From UHGV virus genome UHGV-1430452: a stretch of 64,000 nucleotides of DNA, one strand, 5' to 3'. The notes beneath the pieces were generated by a model. It was not told the origin of the DNA and made no database searches. It was given only the letters and a program-made list of their open reading frames with translations. This DNA comes from a virus. Position numbers and translations under genes: made by a program. Below, one piece after another: positions 9,819 through 18,645 of the stretch (positions within the stretch are counted from its first letter, which is position 1; each line of letters starts with the position of its first letter).

Positions 9819-10029
9819 TCATCTTATGGCCTCCTTTCATTTTTTTAATATATGATTCTAATGTTTCATAGCACCAGTCATAAAAATTATGGTAAGTAAA
9901 AACAAAATCCGAGCCGCTTTTTATGCGAACTCGGACACTATCTTTACCGTTGGGGAACCAGTCTTCTACATGAATTGCAATTTCCGGAAATTGTTTGCTA
10001 AATTGTTTATATACATCTTCGTGCTTCAT
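9781..10029 (-). CDS. hypothetical protein
   Basis: 82-aa ORF. Confidence 0.4.
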   Translation of the reverse strand: MKHEDVYKQFSKQFPEIAIHVEDWFPNGKDSVRVRIKSGSDFVFTYHNFYDWCYETLESYIKKMKGGHKMNVGLHDSINEDE

Positions 10030-10038
10030 ATCTTACCT

Positions 10039-10593
10039 CTAAACAAAAGTATCTAAATACCATAACATTTGAATCCAGATTTCAAATTTACGTAAGTCAT
10101 GATCGCAATTCTTAACTCTGAATAATCCACCGCGGCCGTCGGGTTCATATTCACGTTTGAGAAATGTGTTGATCACTTCTCTAACATACTTTTTATCAAA
10201 CCTGGAATCATACATACCGCCCAAACCGAGATTTACGATCATCTTCCAGAACCATTGTCCTGTTCTATCGCCGACACTCGGATCGTCCATAATATCTTCG
10301 CAACGAATTGCAAGAGCTATTATCATTTCTAGGATACTACATGGACGAGATAACATATCGACGATAACTTCTCGGCTTTCAGGGCTGTATATTTCATAAG
10401 CAAACCGACTTCTCAGATTTTCTCCGTCAGTTTCTCTGTTCTCATCTTTTGGGATGCTGTATCTGAATTCAATCTCATGTAAATATTCCAAAAGCTTTTT
10501 ATATGAATTTGCTTTGGCATATCTACCACTGCATACCAGATTATACATCCACTCGAAATATTCTATCTCAATTTCAGTCCTCGTCACCGCCAA
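10039..10593 (-). CDS. hypothetical protein
   Basis: 184-aa ORF. Confidence 0.45.
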   Translation of the reverse strand: MAVTRTEIEIEYFEWMYNLVCSGRYAKANSYKKLLEYLHEIEFRYSIPKDENRETDGENLRSRFAYEIYSPESREVIVDMLSRPCSILEMIIALAIRCEDIMDDPSVGDRTGQWFWKMIVNLGLGGMYDSRFDKKYVREVINTFLKREYEPDGRGGLFRVKNCDHDLRKFEIWIQMLWYLDTFV

Positions 10594-11167
10594 CTACCTC
10601 GCTGTAACTTCCGTAATCTCTAAGGATTTCGTAATATGACTTAAAATTAGGATTTTTGATATACACAGTATCGTCTTCATACTCTCCGAAATGGGAAGCG
10701 AAATCCTCTCCTACCATCTCGTCAATATTACCAATTATTCTGTCACGTTCATCCGCGAGCACTCCATCACCTTCATAATATGTCAGAGTGATCATCGGAT
10801 AATCCTGCTCCCATGTCTCTTCTGGAGCAATTACTTCAGGTCCGCCCATGTCATCTGCTTCCTCCTTTTCTTTCTCTTTCATAGCCTGCTCGTTAATATA
10901 ACCGAGCTCCTGTACTTTATCTCTGATTTCCTGAACAGTAAGTTTATCCGGATTTTCAATACCATCTTTTAAACCTTCCGTTAAAGCCTCTCCAACTTTT
11001 TTACAAGCTTTGCTCTCAGAATAGCGATCCCTAAGGAATTCATTCTCTTCGGTTTTGTCAGCAATGATCTGCTCGTACTTGGTTTTAACTAACTTCCATG
11101 TTACTACCGAACCGATTGCACCTCCAGCTAAGAATATCATTCCTTTAATTAATAAATTCTTGTTCAT
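10574..11167 (-). CDS. membrane-anchored acidic protein
   Basis: N-terminal TM helix (IFLAGGAIGSVVTW) then acidic soluble region. Confidence 0.45.
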   Translation of the reverse strand: MNKNLLIKGMIFLAGGAIGSVVTWKLVKTKYEQIIADKTEENEFLRDRYSESKACKKVGEALTEGLKDGIENPDKLTVQEIRDKVQELGYINEQAMKEKEKEEADDMGGPEVIAPEETWEQDYPMITLTYYEGDGVLADERDRIIGNIDEMVGEDFASHFGEYEDDTVYIKNPNFKSYYEILRDYGSYSEVVGGDED

Positions 11168-11179
11168 TTGTTTCTCCTT

Positions 11180-11377
11180 TCACTCAGAGTATATAAGTTC
11201 GTACTCACCGCTATCATTTTGTTCCTCGTTTGGATCAGTCTTTACCGATAACACCGTCACTGCTAGTCCACCGAATAACAGTGAAATACTCATAAGAATC
11301 CCTCCTGCGATATGACGTCTTTTCTTTGTATTTAACGAATGGTCTATCATTGATAGAATTCTTCCGAGCTTCTCCAC
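11180..11377 (-). CDS. small membrane protein
   Basis: 65 aa with TM segment GGILMSISLLFGGLAVTVL. Confidence 0.35.
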   Translation of the reverse strand: MEKLGRILSMIDHSLNTKKRRHIAGGILMSISLLFGGLAVTVLSVKTDPNEEQNDSGEYELIYSE

Positions 11378-11396
11378 TTATATCTCTCCCTTTGTT

Positions 11397-11525
11397 TTAT
11401 TTAGTTGCTGTTGTAGTTTTTAAAATATGCGAATTCCCCTCAATAGGATGAGTAAGAATCATAAGTCCACTGACAAAACAAATCCCAGCAATAGTGGCAA
11501 ACGTAATTGATAACTTTTCTTTCAC
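11397..11525 (-). CDS. small hydrophobic peptide (42 aa, GTG start)
   Basis: Hand-translated KEKLSITFATIAGICFVSGLMILTH...; RBS AAAGGA; below ORF-track cutoff. Confidence 0.25.
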   Translation of the reverse strand: MKEKLSITFATIAGICFVSGLMILTHPIEGNSHILKTTTATK

Positions 11526-11773
11526 GTTAAGTCAGTCCTTTCATTCTTTTCGAACGGATTTGGTTGCAACGCTAAAACAAAGTAGTCATCGACGATTTTA
11601 GCACCTTTTACTTTGCCGATTTCAATCATTGCTTTAACTGTTGCAGTTCCACAATTCCATCTCACAGCTGCTTTTTCTGCTGAGATAAATAACGGCGTAA
11701 GATTCTGACTGAATAACTCTTTGTCTTCCAAACCGTTCTCCAAAATATAAATGATTAACTCTCTACCGGTCAT
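11522..11773 (-). CDS. HTH-like small DNA-binding protein
   Basis: 83 aa; helix-turn-helix-like stretch AEKAAVRWNCGTATVKAMIEIG. Confidence 0.4.
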   Translation of the reverse strand: MTGRELIIYILENGLEDKELFSQNLTPLFISAEKAAVRWNCGTATVKAMIEIGKVKGAKIVDDYFVLALQPNPFEKNERTDLT

Positions 11774-11925
11774 AAATCTCTCTCCATTTTTGATATATAC
11801 TCTTCAGGAAATATGGAATCGATAGACTTCAAGATGTCATTTAGATCATCTTCATCCATCGGTTCACTTAGAGTACAGGCTACTGCAATTTTTAAGTTAT
11901 TGAGTCTTTCTCGTAAATCGGTCAT
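11770..11925 (-). CDS. small acidic protein (51 aa)
   Basis: Hand-translated MTDLRERLNNLKIAVACTLSEPMDEDD...; AAGGAG RBS; ATGA overlap with next gene. Confidence 0.3.
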   Translation of the reverse strand: MTDLRERLNNLKIAVACTLSEPMDEDDLNDILKSIDSIFPEEYISKMERDL

Positions 11926-12028
11926 TCAATTCTCCTTATACTTACCCTCAGCCTCATGCACGAAGCCAAGGGTAGTCAAACATATCTCTGTAGGGATTCC
12001 CAGACCCGAGATTATCGAGTCCTGACAT

Positions 12029-12967
12029 TCAAATCATGTTGAGAATATCCCCATCCACATTGAAATCAAGAAGAATAGTTCTCTCATAACCGTTCACGAA
12101 GTTACGATTTGCCTCGTTGTAAGTGTTATAGATTCCGAAATCTACGAAATTATCACCTACTGGATGTTTCTCGTCATAAATCCATCCAACAATCTGACCT
12201 GCCTGTGTACGCGGGATTCCGAGCATATCATATACTTCATTCAGGAACAGATGACCTTTCGTTTTCAACATGTCATTTGCATAACGCTGCTGATCTTTAA
12301 GGAACATTAGATTGAATTCAGGATCTTTAGTCCATCCTGTACATCCATCATCGAAGAATTTAGCATAATCGCTGTAACTGTCGAGAGTTGCTACATTTGC
12401 TGTTTTCTTAACAGTAGTTTCTGTACCATCTTCATTTACAACAGTCTCTTCGATTTCTTTTGCTTTGATGTTGTACTTCAGTTCTTTATCAAGCTCTTCA
12501 CCAAATCTCTCAATAACACGACCACGATATTCCTTGAAGCCTTTGTCAATAGTTGCATAAGCGGCTGCAAGTGCTAAGTTACGTTTACGAAGAATATGAT
12601 GACCACTAAGAATAGCAGCGATAGAAACTGTTCCAAGGATTACTGCTGGAGCATAAAGTTTTGCTACCTTTACGGCTGTTTGAGTATACATGATAGTTAA
12701 ATCTTTCTTACCATCTTCTTCTGTGTACTCTTTACCTTCTGGAACCATATCTGGATTTTCCATAAATTCATGAATTTTCTCGATTTTTTCTTTTGGCTCA
12801 GCGAGCACCTCATCGAGTTTAGTAGTTGCTTTACATGCCATTACAGCAGAGCCAACTACACCAACAATACCTGCGCCAACCAAGATTTCAGGGCTATGCT
12901 TTTTAAATTTAAAACCTACACGATGGAGGCTTCTAGTTACTGTGTTCATAATTTCTAATTTTGCCAT
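12029..12967 (-). CDS. membrane-anchored protein, paralogue family member A
   Basis: 312 aa; shares the N-terminal block (SPEIL..G.GI.G..S.V.A.KAT.K..E) and the YAPAVILG...RxLALAAAY block with 15042..15869 and 17330..18106. Confidence 0.5.
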   Translation of the reverse strand: MAKLEIMNTVTRSLHRVGFKFKKHSPEILVGAGIVGVVGSAVMACKATTKLDEVLAEPKEKIEKIHEFMENPDMVPEGKEYTEEDGKKDLTIMYTQTAVKVAKLYAPAVILGTVSIAAILSGHHILRKRNLALAAAYATIDKGFKEYRGRVIERFGEELDKELKYNIKAKEIEETVVNEDGTETTVKKTANVATLDSYSDYAKFFDDGCTGWTKDPEFNLMFLKDQQRYANDMLKTKGHLFLNEVYDMLGIPRTQAGQIVGWIYDEKHPVGDNFVDFGIYNTYNEANRNFVNGYERTILLDFNVDGDILNMI

Positions 12968-12969
12968 GA

Positions 12970-13416
12970 TTATTTACTCTCCTTTTCTAATTCTTTACAA
13001 AATTCCATTAAACTTTTACCGCGAATAAGAATATCGTTTGGTGTTAAAACAATATCAGGTTCCTTGCTCTTATTCGGATTCTCAACATATTCAATAAGCC
13101 TATTGAGATACCACTGAGCTTTCTTTAAGTCCTCAATGCCGTTTTTCTTTTTCCAGCGACATAAATACTTCATTGCATTACCTGTACAAAATGCTTCTAA
13201 TCCGTTAAGACCATCACAAAAGGCCTCGATAACGTCGATAGTTTCGAGACCTGATTTTGACTGATAATGATCCGGATGATTCACCATATCGTTTTTGGCA
13301 ACCCATTGTGTCGGAATACAAAAAGGATCATCGCTCGTTATACAGTGTTTACAAGCTTCCGATCCCATTGTACGACCACAATTGTCACAATCATATTTGC
13401 TTTTTGTTATACTCAT
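12970..13416 (-). CDS. DUF3310-like phage protein
   Basis: HPDHYQ...GLETIDVIEAF...NAMKYLCRWKKKNGIEDLKKAQWYLNRLIE pattern recalled from the DUF3310 family. Confidence 0.5.
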   Translation of the reverse strand: MSITKSKYDCDNCGRTMGSEACKHCITSDDPFCIPTQWVAKNDMVNHPDHYQSKSGLETIDVIEAFCDGLNGLEAFCTGNAMKYLCRWKKKNGIEDLKKAQWYLNRLIEYVENPNKSKEPDIVLTPNDILIRGKSLMEFCKELEKESK

Positions 13417-13426
13417 AGTTTTCCTT

Positions 13427-13735
13427 TCAAATATAATCTTTTACCTTCTTGCCAGTGTTATAAATCTCTCGTTCGATTCCTAGACCAAAAGGTAATCTAA
13501 CACTCTCTAATTCAGACAGCATTACATAACCCCATTCCCATTCAAAAAGATGACAATAACCGTATAATAACCAGTCACCGTCATCTTGTTTTTCACCTTC
13601 TGTAATTAACCAGGTACCTGTTCCAGTTGGATTAAAATACTTAACTACTACATCAGCTTCTTCCATCTTTCCTTCCTGAGAACCAATCGGATAATTTTCA
13701 AAAGTTTTCTCCAATTCATCGGTCATTAGTAGCAT
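13427..13735 (-). CDS. hypothetical protein
   Basis: 102-aa ORF, Trp-rich. Confidence 0.4.
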   Translation of the reverse strand: MLLMTDELEKTFENYPIGSQEGKMEEADVVVKYFNPTGTGTWLITEGEKQDDGDWLLYGYCHLFEWEWGYVMLSELESVRLPFGLGIEREIYNTGKKVKDYI

Positions 13736-13767
13736 CGTAACGACACATCCTTATTGTGTATTTTTAT

Positions 13768-14376
13768 TTAGTCAATTGGCATAGCTTTTGGCAACTTAAG
13801 AACATATCCATCTTTAATTCTCACAGTCTCGGCAGTACGAATGTTTGTCCATCCGTATTTGTTACTTGTATACGGTGCTGGAAGAGCAGCCATATCATAC
13901 ATATCAGCTACAGTAACAAAGCCATATGTGTCTATAAGATCTACCATCTGTTCTCTTACAGCCTCACATTCACCGCGAGAATCAAACACAAGATCATCAT
14001 AATCAAACCGGCCTTTTGCACGTAGACCACCATCACGTCGATCGTCTTTCTTATCGTCATAATAACTTCGGTAAGATATCTTGTTCCCAGTCTTACGCTT
14101 ATTACTTCCAGAACCGCCGTAAAGAATCATGTCGGCACCATCAGTAACAATATCCAAGATTGCTTTCTTAATTGCTGGAATCAAAACATCCAAGACAATA
14201 TATGATTTAACATTAGCTGCATCTTCGGAAATGAACATGCTTGCTAATTTACGTCCTTCGTTTTTCTTCGTTTTCACTTTACCATTAACAACTTTCTGCA
14301 CCCTCTTTTCTTTCGTAGGCGCTTCAGTTGCTTTTTCTTCTTTGCTCTTATGAGAATTCGGTTGATATTCTCTCAT
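13768..14376 (-). CDS. hypothetical protein
   Basis: 202-aa ORF with basic N-terminus. Confidence 0.45.
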   Translation of the reverse strand: MREYQPNSHKSKEEKATEAPTKEKRVQKVVNGKVKTKKNEGRKLASMFISEDAANVKSYIVLDVLIPAIKKAILDIVTDGADMILYGGSGSNKRKTGNKISYRSYYDDKKDDRRDGGLRAKGRFDYDDLVFDSRGECEAVREQMVDLIDTYGFVTVADMYDMAALPAPYTSNKYGWTNIRTAETVRIKDGYVLKLPKAMPID

Positions 14377-14390
14377 TTTCTTATCACCTC

Positions 14391-14594
14391 TTAATTAACC
14401 ATTTTGATTTCACCAGGCAATGTTATCCTCACACCTGGCAATAAATTTAATTGTTTCTTAGCCTGATAAGTTAAGTTACTCCTGGCTTTTTGTTTTGATG
14501 AAGCACTTGTTTCACCCTTCCAACGATCGATCATGCATTTATCAAACGACATTACAGGACCTTCGTATGTGTATTTGTCATACTCTTCGTTCAT
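14391..14594 (-). CDS. hypothetical protein
   Basis: 67-aa ORF. Confidence 0.35.
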   Translation of the reverse strand: MNEEYDKYTYEGPVMSFDKCMIDRWKGETSASSKQKARSNLTYQAKKQLNLLPGVRITLPGEIKMVN

Positions 14595-14666
14595 TGTTAC
14601 CTCCTAGAAACAAAAAGAGAAGAGTCCCATAATTGAGACCCGTCTCTTTTTCGAATACTTTAAATG

Positions 14667-14972
14667 TTATTTCTCGGCTGCTTCCTCGTCGATTTCTTCC
14701 TCGATAACGGATTCATCTTCAGGTTCATCAACCTCTTCAACCTCGACCCATTTCAGTCTTTTCTTGGCTTTCTTCTTTTTAGGCTGCTCGTCTTTCTTTT
14801 TGGATTTGATTTTCTTGTAAGCTGCTGCTCCTAATGCAACTGCTCCAGCAATCAATCCTACTGTCAGACCGATAGCCTTTCCAGATCCACCTTCTTCTAC
14901 TGAATAGTCTTCCGGCTCCAGGTCAATAACCTCAACCTCGTTATCCATTACTTCGTCTTTGATTTCGCTCAT
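14667..14972 (-). CDS. acidic membrane protein (start moved to the ATG with an RBS)
   Basis: AGGAGG 8 nt upstream of the ATG at 14970-14972; central TM helix; the ORF-track start at 15014 overlaps the motif. Confidence 0.45.
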   Translation of the reverse strand: MSEIKDEVMDNEVEVIDLEPEDYSVEEGGSGKAIGLTVGLIAGAVALGAAAYKKIKSKKKDEQPKKKKAKKRLKWVEVEEVDEPEDESVIEEEIDEEAAEK

Positions 14973-15009
14973 AGCAAGATCCTCCTTTAAAATAATTTTA
15001 AGTATTTTC

Positions 15010-15036
15010 TTCATAAAGCACTGTGTATTTTTCGCG
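15010..15036 (-). promoter_or_regulatory. conserved early-gene motif copy (promoter-like)
   Basis: ttcataaagcactgtgtatttttcgcg upstream of 14667..14972. Confidence 0.45.
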
Positions 15037-15041
15037 TATGA

Positions 15042-15869
15042 TTAATAGTAGCTATCGAAACCATATTCCGGAGGCATCAGATGATCAATAACAATACACG
15101 GTTCATTATCTTCCGTAATTTGAGCACTATATCTCACATCGATTTTGCCTTTATCGATTCTCCAACCGATGCTATTACCAACTTCGGTATGCTTAAGACC
15201 AATTTCGTCATAGAAATCATTCAGAGAAATATACATCTCGTTACCGTTGATCATTCTCTCATTAAGAGTAAGAACAGCATTTTTAATCTTGTCGATATCC
15301 GATCTGAAATATCTGTCGGAATGACTGTCATAACACAACGTGTTACCTTTACCTGTCATGATAATCTGAGTGTCTGCAACCGGATGTTCTTCAACTTGCT
15401 TCTTAGCGACTTTATCTCTGATGTTATTTTCCTTCTTCTCTCCGATAGTCTCTACCACTTTCTCTCTGTAGTCAGACAGTGCTGTTGTAGATAACTGATA
15501 TGCTGTTGCCAATGCTGCGTTACGTCTTACATGTACGGAATTAGCACCGATAAGACAAGCGACTGACGCAATGCCAGTGATAGCTGCTGGAATATAAGGT
15601 TTCCAAGCTGCTTTTACTGTTTCGACAGGTGTGAGATTTAAAGCGTTTCTTTCGTCTTCTTCTGTGAAAATACCGCCTTCATGAGCTTCTTTCTCTTTAA
15701 ACTTCTTCTCTTCCTCGATTAACTCCATAGCTTTTGGTGTTGCTTTTACTGCAAGCACAACAGTAGATATCATACCTGCGATACCAATGCCAGTAAGAAT
15801 TTCCGGACTGCGTTTTTTCATTACATATTTTGCAGTGTTTAAAAATTTTGTTACATTTGGTTTGTTCAT
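15042..15869 (-). CDS. membrane-anchored protein, paralogue family member B
   Basis: 275 aa; same N-terminal and central blocks as 12029..12967 and 17330..18106. Confidence 0.5.
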   Translation of the reverse strand: MNKPNVTKFLNTAKYVMKKRSPEILTGIGIAGMISTVVLAVKATPKAMELIEEEKKFKEKEAHEGGIFTEEDERNALNLTPVETVKAAWKPYIPAAITGIASVACLIGANSVHVRRNAALATAYQLSTTALSDYREKVVETIGEKKENNIRDKVAKKQVEEHPVADTQIIMTGKGNTLCYDSHSDRYFRSDIDKIKNAVLTLNERMINGNEMYISLNDFYDEIGLKHTEVGNSIGWRIDKGKIDVRYSAQITEDNEPCIVIDHLMPPEYGFDSYY

Positions 15870-15958
15870 TTTTTATCTCCTTTCATGAACAGTTAAATTG
15901 TTTTTACCAAAAATCCCACTCGGGAAAATTTTGATCTTGAAAAAATAGAAATCGAAAA

Positions 15959-16030
15959 GAAACAGTGTAGGACTCGAACCCACAACCTACAGATATAAGT
16001 CTGTTGCTCTACCAATTGAGCTAACTGTTT
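15959..16030 (-). tRNA. tRNA with non-canonical 6-nt anticodon loop (anticodon unresolved; UAU or UUA are the options)
   Basis: Minus-strand fold: 7-bp acceptor AAACAGT/ACTGTTT, D-arm GCTC-AATTGGTA-GAGC, T-arm GTGGG-TTCGAGT-CCTAC; anticodon stem ACAGA/TCTGT encloses only CTTATA. Confidence 0.6.
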
Positions 16031-16080
16031 CTTCTCATAATAGCGCTTGTAAATTTCGCGAATATAGATCTTCAGAAACA

Positions 16081-16106
16081 AAAAAGAAGAACCCCGAAGG
16101 ATTCTC
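16081..16106 (-). terminator. intrinsic terminator
   Basis: Minus-strand GAAUCC-UUCG-GGGUUC hairpin followed by UUCUUUUUUG, between small gene and tRNA. Confidence 0.5.
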
Positions 16107-16277
16107 CTAGACTTTCTTCTGAAGCTCAGAAACTGCTTTCTTCAACTCTTCAAACTCCTTTTCTTTTTTCTGATCTGATAATGCACCTGCTATAGCCATA
16201 ATACCTGTTACTACAACACCTGCATATTTTCCGACAGACTTCAGAAGCGGATTATTGATAATACCTTTGAATTTCAT
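16107..16277 (-). CDS. small membrane peptide (56 aa)
   Basis: Hand-translated MKFKGIINNPLLKSVGKYAGVVVTGIMAIAGALSDQKKEKEFEELKKAVSELQKKV; GGAGA RBS. Confidence 0.4.
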   Translation of the reverse strand: MKFKGIINNPLLKSVGKYAGVVVTGIMAIAGALSDQKKEKEFEELKKAVSELQKKV

Positions 16278-16295
16278 TTTTCTCGTCTCCTTTCT

Positions 16296-16327
16296 TCATT
16301 CCATTAAAGGAAATGTTTTTGTCGCGA
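16296..16327 (-). promoter_or_regulatory. conserved early-gene motif copy (promoter-like)
   Basis: ttcattccattaaaggaaatgtttttgtcgcga. Confidence 0.45.
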
Positions 16328-16364
16328 TACCGGTTTCGCTATATCAAAATATCATCGTTTATCG

Positions 16365-16853
16365 TCACCCGTGTATGGGTAAATCCATTTTGATTTTGTC
16401 AGGATTCATAATGAGGATACTATCGCAGTCCCAGCCATACAGATCCCAATATAACTGATGATCAGCTGATAAATTTAACTCGATGGCATCATAGCCAAGT
16501 TCAATGCATTTCTCGAAATCTATCAGTGTACTTATTGATTTCCATACCGGGTCAGCAATTGTTGGAAGTTCCTTTAATTTTTCTACGGAATCTATAACGA
16601 ATATATTGGCTTCCGGAAGAGTGAATATGAAACTATTTTCTTCAATACATTCACGAAAATTTTCTCTTTCACACCAGTCTTTCCAACCTAATTTGGCATC
16701 TATCGGACTAGCCCAAAGACCTCCTCTAGGTTTAACCCAGCATTGCTCATTTTGAATAGGTTTAAATAAGTTTGGATTAAAAGTTGCATGTCCGTAATGA
16801 ATATAAATCTTGTCTTGCATATTACTATCCTTTCGTTCAAAAACATATGTCAC
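16365..16853 (-). CDS. hypothetical protein
   Basis: 162-aa ORF. Confidence 0.45.
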   Translation of the reverse strand: MTYVFERKDSNMQDKIYIHYGHATFNPNLFKPIQNEQCWVKPRGGLWASPIDAKLGWKDWCERENFRECIEENSFIFTLPEANIFVIDSVEKLKELPTIADPVWKSISTLIDFEKCIELGYDAIELNLSADHQLYWDLYGWDCDSILIMNPDKIKMDLPIHG

Positions 16854-16878
16854 TTAGTAACAAAAAGAAAAGAGGCCC

Positions 16879-17082
16879 CTATTTCAGGACCTCAAATTTC
16901 TCTTTTTTATTTTTCTTGATTTTATTCTCAACGGATTCTTTCCATTGATTCGCTTTAGTTGCCACTGCCTGTCTGACTTCTGGAATAGCAAGTGCCGAAC
17001 CGACAACCGTTACTGCCGGCACAACAATCTGTCCAATCCAAAGTCTTACTTCTCTCATAGCATCAATATTTTTGCGTTTCAT
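16879..17082 (-). CDS. small membrane protein
   Basis: 67 aa with TM helix; AGGAGG RBS. Confidence 0.4.
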   Translation of the reverse strand: MKRKNIDAMREVRLWIGQIVVPAVTVVGSALAIPEVRQAVATKANQWKESVENKIKKNKKEKFEVLK

Positions 17083-17112
17083 AGTTTTATCCTCCTTTAA
17101 AAATATAATCTT

Positions 17113-17140
17113 TTCATTAAAGGCGTTGTTTATTTAGCGA
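17113..17140 (-). promoter_or_regulatory. conserved early-gene motif copy (promoter-like)
   Basis: ttcattaaaggcgttgtttatttagcga. Confidence 0.45.
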
Positions 17141-17316
17141 GTGTAATGGATATGCTCATTGTTTAATTCGTCGAGATGTTTAATAAAATCTAAATATCTT
17201 TTATTTCGTCTATTCTCCACAAAGTTTATAACTAACCAAGCAATCCCTACGATAGGCAAGCCAACGAATACTAATAGAAATAGTAAGCATGTAATCATAG
17301 AAACAAGCGTATTCAT
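17134..17316 (-). CDS. small membrane protein (start moved to ATG with RBS)
   Basis: AAAGGAG RBS before MNTLVSMITCLLFLLVFVGLPIVGIAWLV... Confidence 0.4.
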   Translation of the reverse strand: MNTLVSMITCLLFLLVFVGLPIVGIAWLVINFVENRRNKRYLDFIKHLDELNNEHIHYTR

Positions 17317-17329
17317 AAATCTTCTCCTT

Positions 17330-18106
17330 TCAATACTCTTCGTAATCAATGAACGGCTCTGTGAAATCTACAATATAACATTCAATACCGTCGTCCATTT
17401 CTACTTTTGTATGGTGGAAATATAGCCAACCATCCCAGTACATTTCATACATCTGAGCTGCGGACCAACCCATAAATTCACCGTAATCCTGTCGATCAAT
17501 CTCTAGTAAATCGTAATAATCGTTTAAAGATGCACCACCGGATTGAGATAGCATTTTATTAATCTCATACTCTGCTCTCAATTGAGTTTCTTTCGTCACA
17601 CGGTAATAACGTTTGGAATATTCATCGTAGAATAGTGTTTTGCCATCCTCGTATTCGTCGTCATATTCTTCTTTGTCTTCTTCCTCGTAATGGTCTTTTG
17701 CTACAGCAGCACGAATGAGTTTGTCTCCGTCTTCACCATATAACTTTTTAACTTTGTTTTTGTACTCTTTGTGAGTTTGGTCTAGTAAGGCATAAGCAGA
17801 TGCGATGGCTGCTTGGGAATGTTTGTTTAATAGATTCGCGCCAAATATGCAAGCTAGGGTTCCTGTTCCAATCAATAAGGAAGGAATATATGTTGGTCCT
17901 GCTACTCGAATAGTCTCCCATTTTGTTAATTCATCTCCTTTCTCTTCTTCAGCTAGTTCAATAAGTTCCATTGCTTTCGGAGTAGCTTTAACCGCCATTA
18001 CAGCTGTACCTACCACTCCGGCAGCTCCTAATACTGTTAATATAGTAGAGCTGTTTTTCTTTACGAATCTTTTCGAAACTGTTAGTAAGTCATTCATTTC
18101 CAGCAC
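17330..18106 (-). CDS. membrane-anchored protein, paralogue family member C
   Basis: 258 aa; N-terminal block KKNSSTILTVLGAAGVVGTAVMAVKATPKAMELIE matches members A and B. Confidence 0.5.
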   Translation of the reverse strand: MLEMNDLLTVSKRFVKKNSSTILTVLGAAGVVGTAVMAVKATPKAMELIELAEEEKGDELTKWETIRVAGPTYIPSLLIGTGTLACIFGANLLNKHSQAAIASAYALLDQTHKEYKNKVKKLYGEDGDKLIRAAVAKDHYEEEDKEEYDDEYEDGKTLFYDEYSKRYYRVTKETQLRAEYEINKMLSQSGGASLNDYYDLLEIDRQDYGEFMGWSAAQMYEMYWDGWLYFHHTKVEMDDGIECYIVDFTEPFIDYEEY

Positions 18107-18216
18107 GCTCCTTGGCGATAAATTTGGTAAAAATAAAAAGAGAAAGAAAAGAGTCAGCTTGTTGTGTAAACCAAGTCTAACTCAATTCTTTTTGTCATTA
18201 TCCGAAATAACAATAT

Positions 18217-18246
18217 CCCATAACAGGTGATGTAATTTTCGCGAAT
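18217..18246 (-). promoter_or_regulatory. conserved early-gene motif copy (promoter-like)
   Basis: cccataacaggtgatgtaattttcgcgaat. Confidence 0.45.
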
Positions 18247-18248
18247 CC

Positions 18249-18470
18249 CTACTGCTCAAAAAATAAAACTACATCTACCGGATCTTTGAAGTGCTGCTCC
18301 TCCACTACTTCTTTAAATTCTTCAAATGATTCCGGTTCGTATTCTTGTAAATATAAAATCTGTTCAAGCAATCTTCCGTAAAATCCTTGAGAATTAGATA
18401 GCATTTTTACCACACCAATGACTTGTTCAACATCATAACCGTCTGCTTTCTTTTCCATAGCGTTTGCCAT
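18249..18470 (-). CDS. small acidic protein (start moved to ATG)
   Basis: AAAGGAG RBS 7 nt before the ATG at 18468-18470; the ORF-track start is a GTG upstream. Confidence 0.4.
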   Translation of the reverse strand: MANAMEKKADGYDVEQVIGVVKMLSNSQGFYGRLLEQILYLQEYEPESFEEFKEVVEEQHFKDPVDVVLFFEQ

Positions 18471-18645
18471 TTTGAACACTCCTTTAATTGGTTTTTGATA
18501 AAAATAAAAAGAGAATACAATGACTTCAGGGTCGGCCCAACGAAAACCGTTGCCCGGTGGGTAGCATGTTTTATTACGTTATTACGTGCCGCTACGCCTT
18601 CGTGTCTCACCACTGGATTTCCACCAGTATCTATCCATTGCTTTC

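Noticed and set aside
15893-16081. 62-aa minus-strand ORF
   Set aside because: It spans the tRNA and its terminator; the tRNA fold explains the region.
18407-18613. 68-aa minus-strand ORF (and plus-strand 18423..18653) in the GC-rich leader
   Set aside because: No RBS, overlaps the start of gene 18249..18470; the region is better explained as structured non-coding leader.
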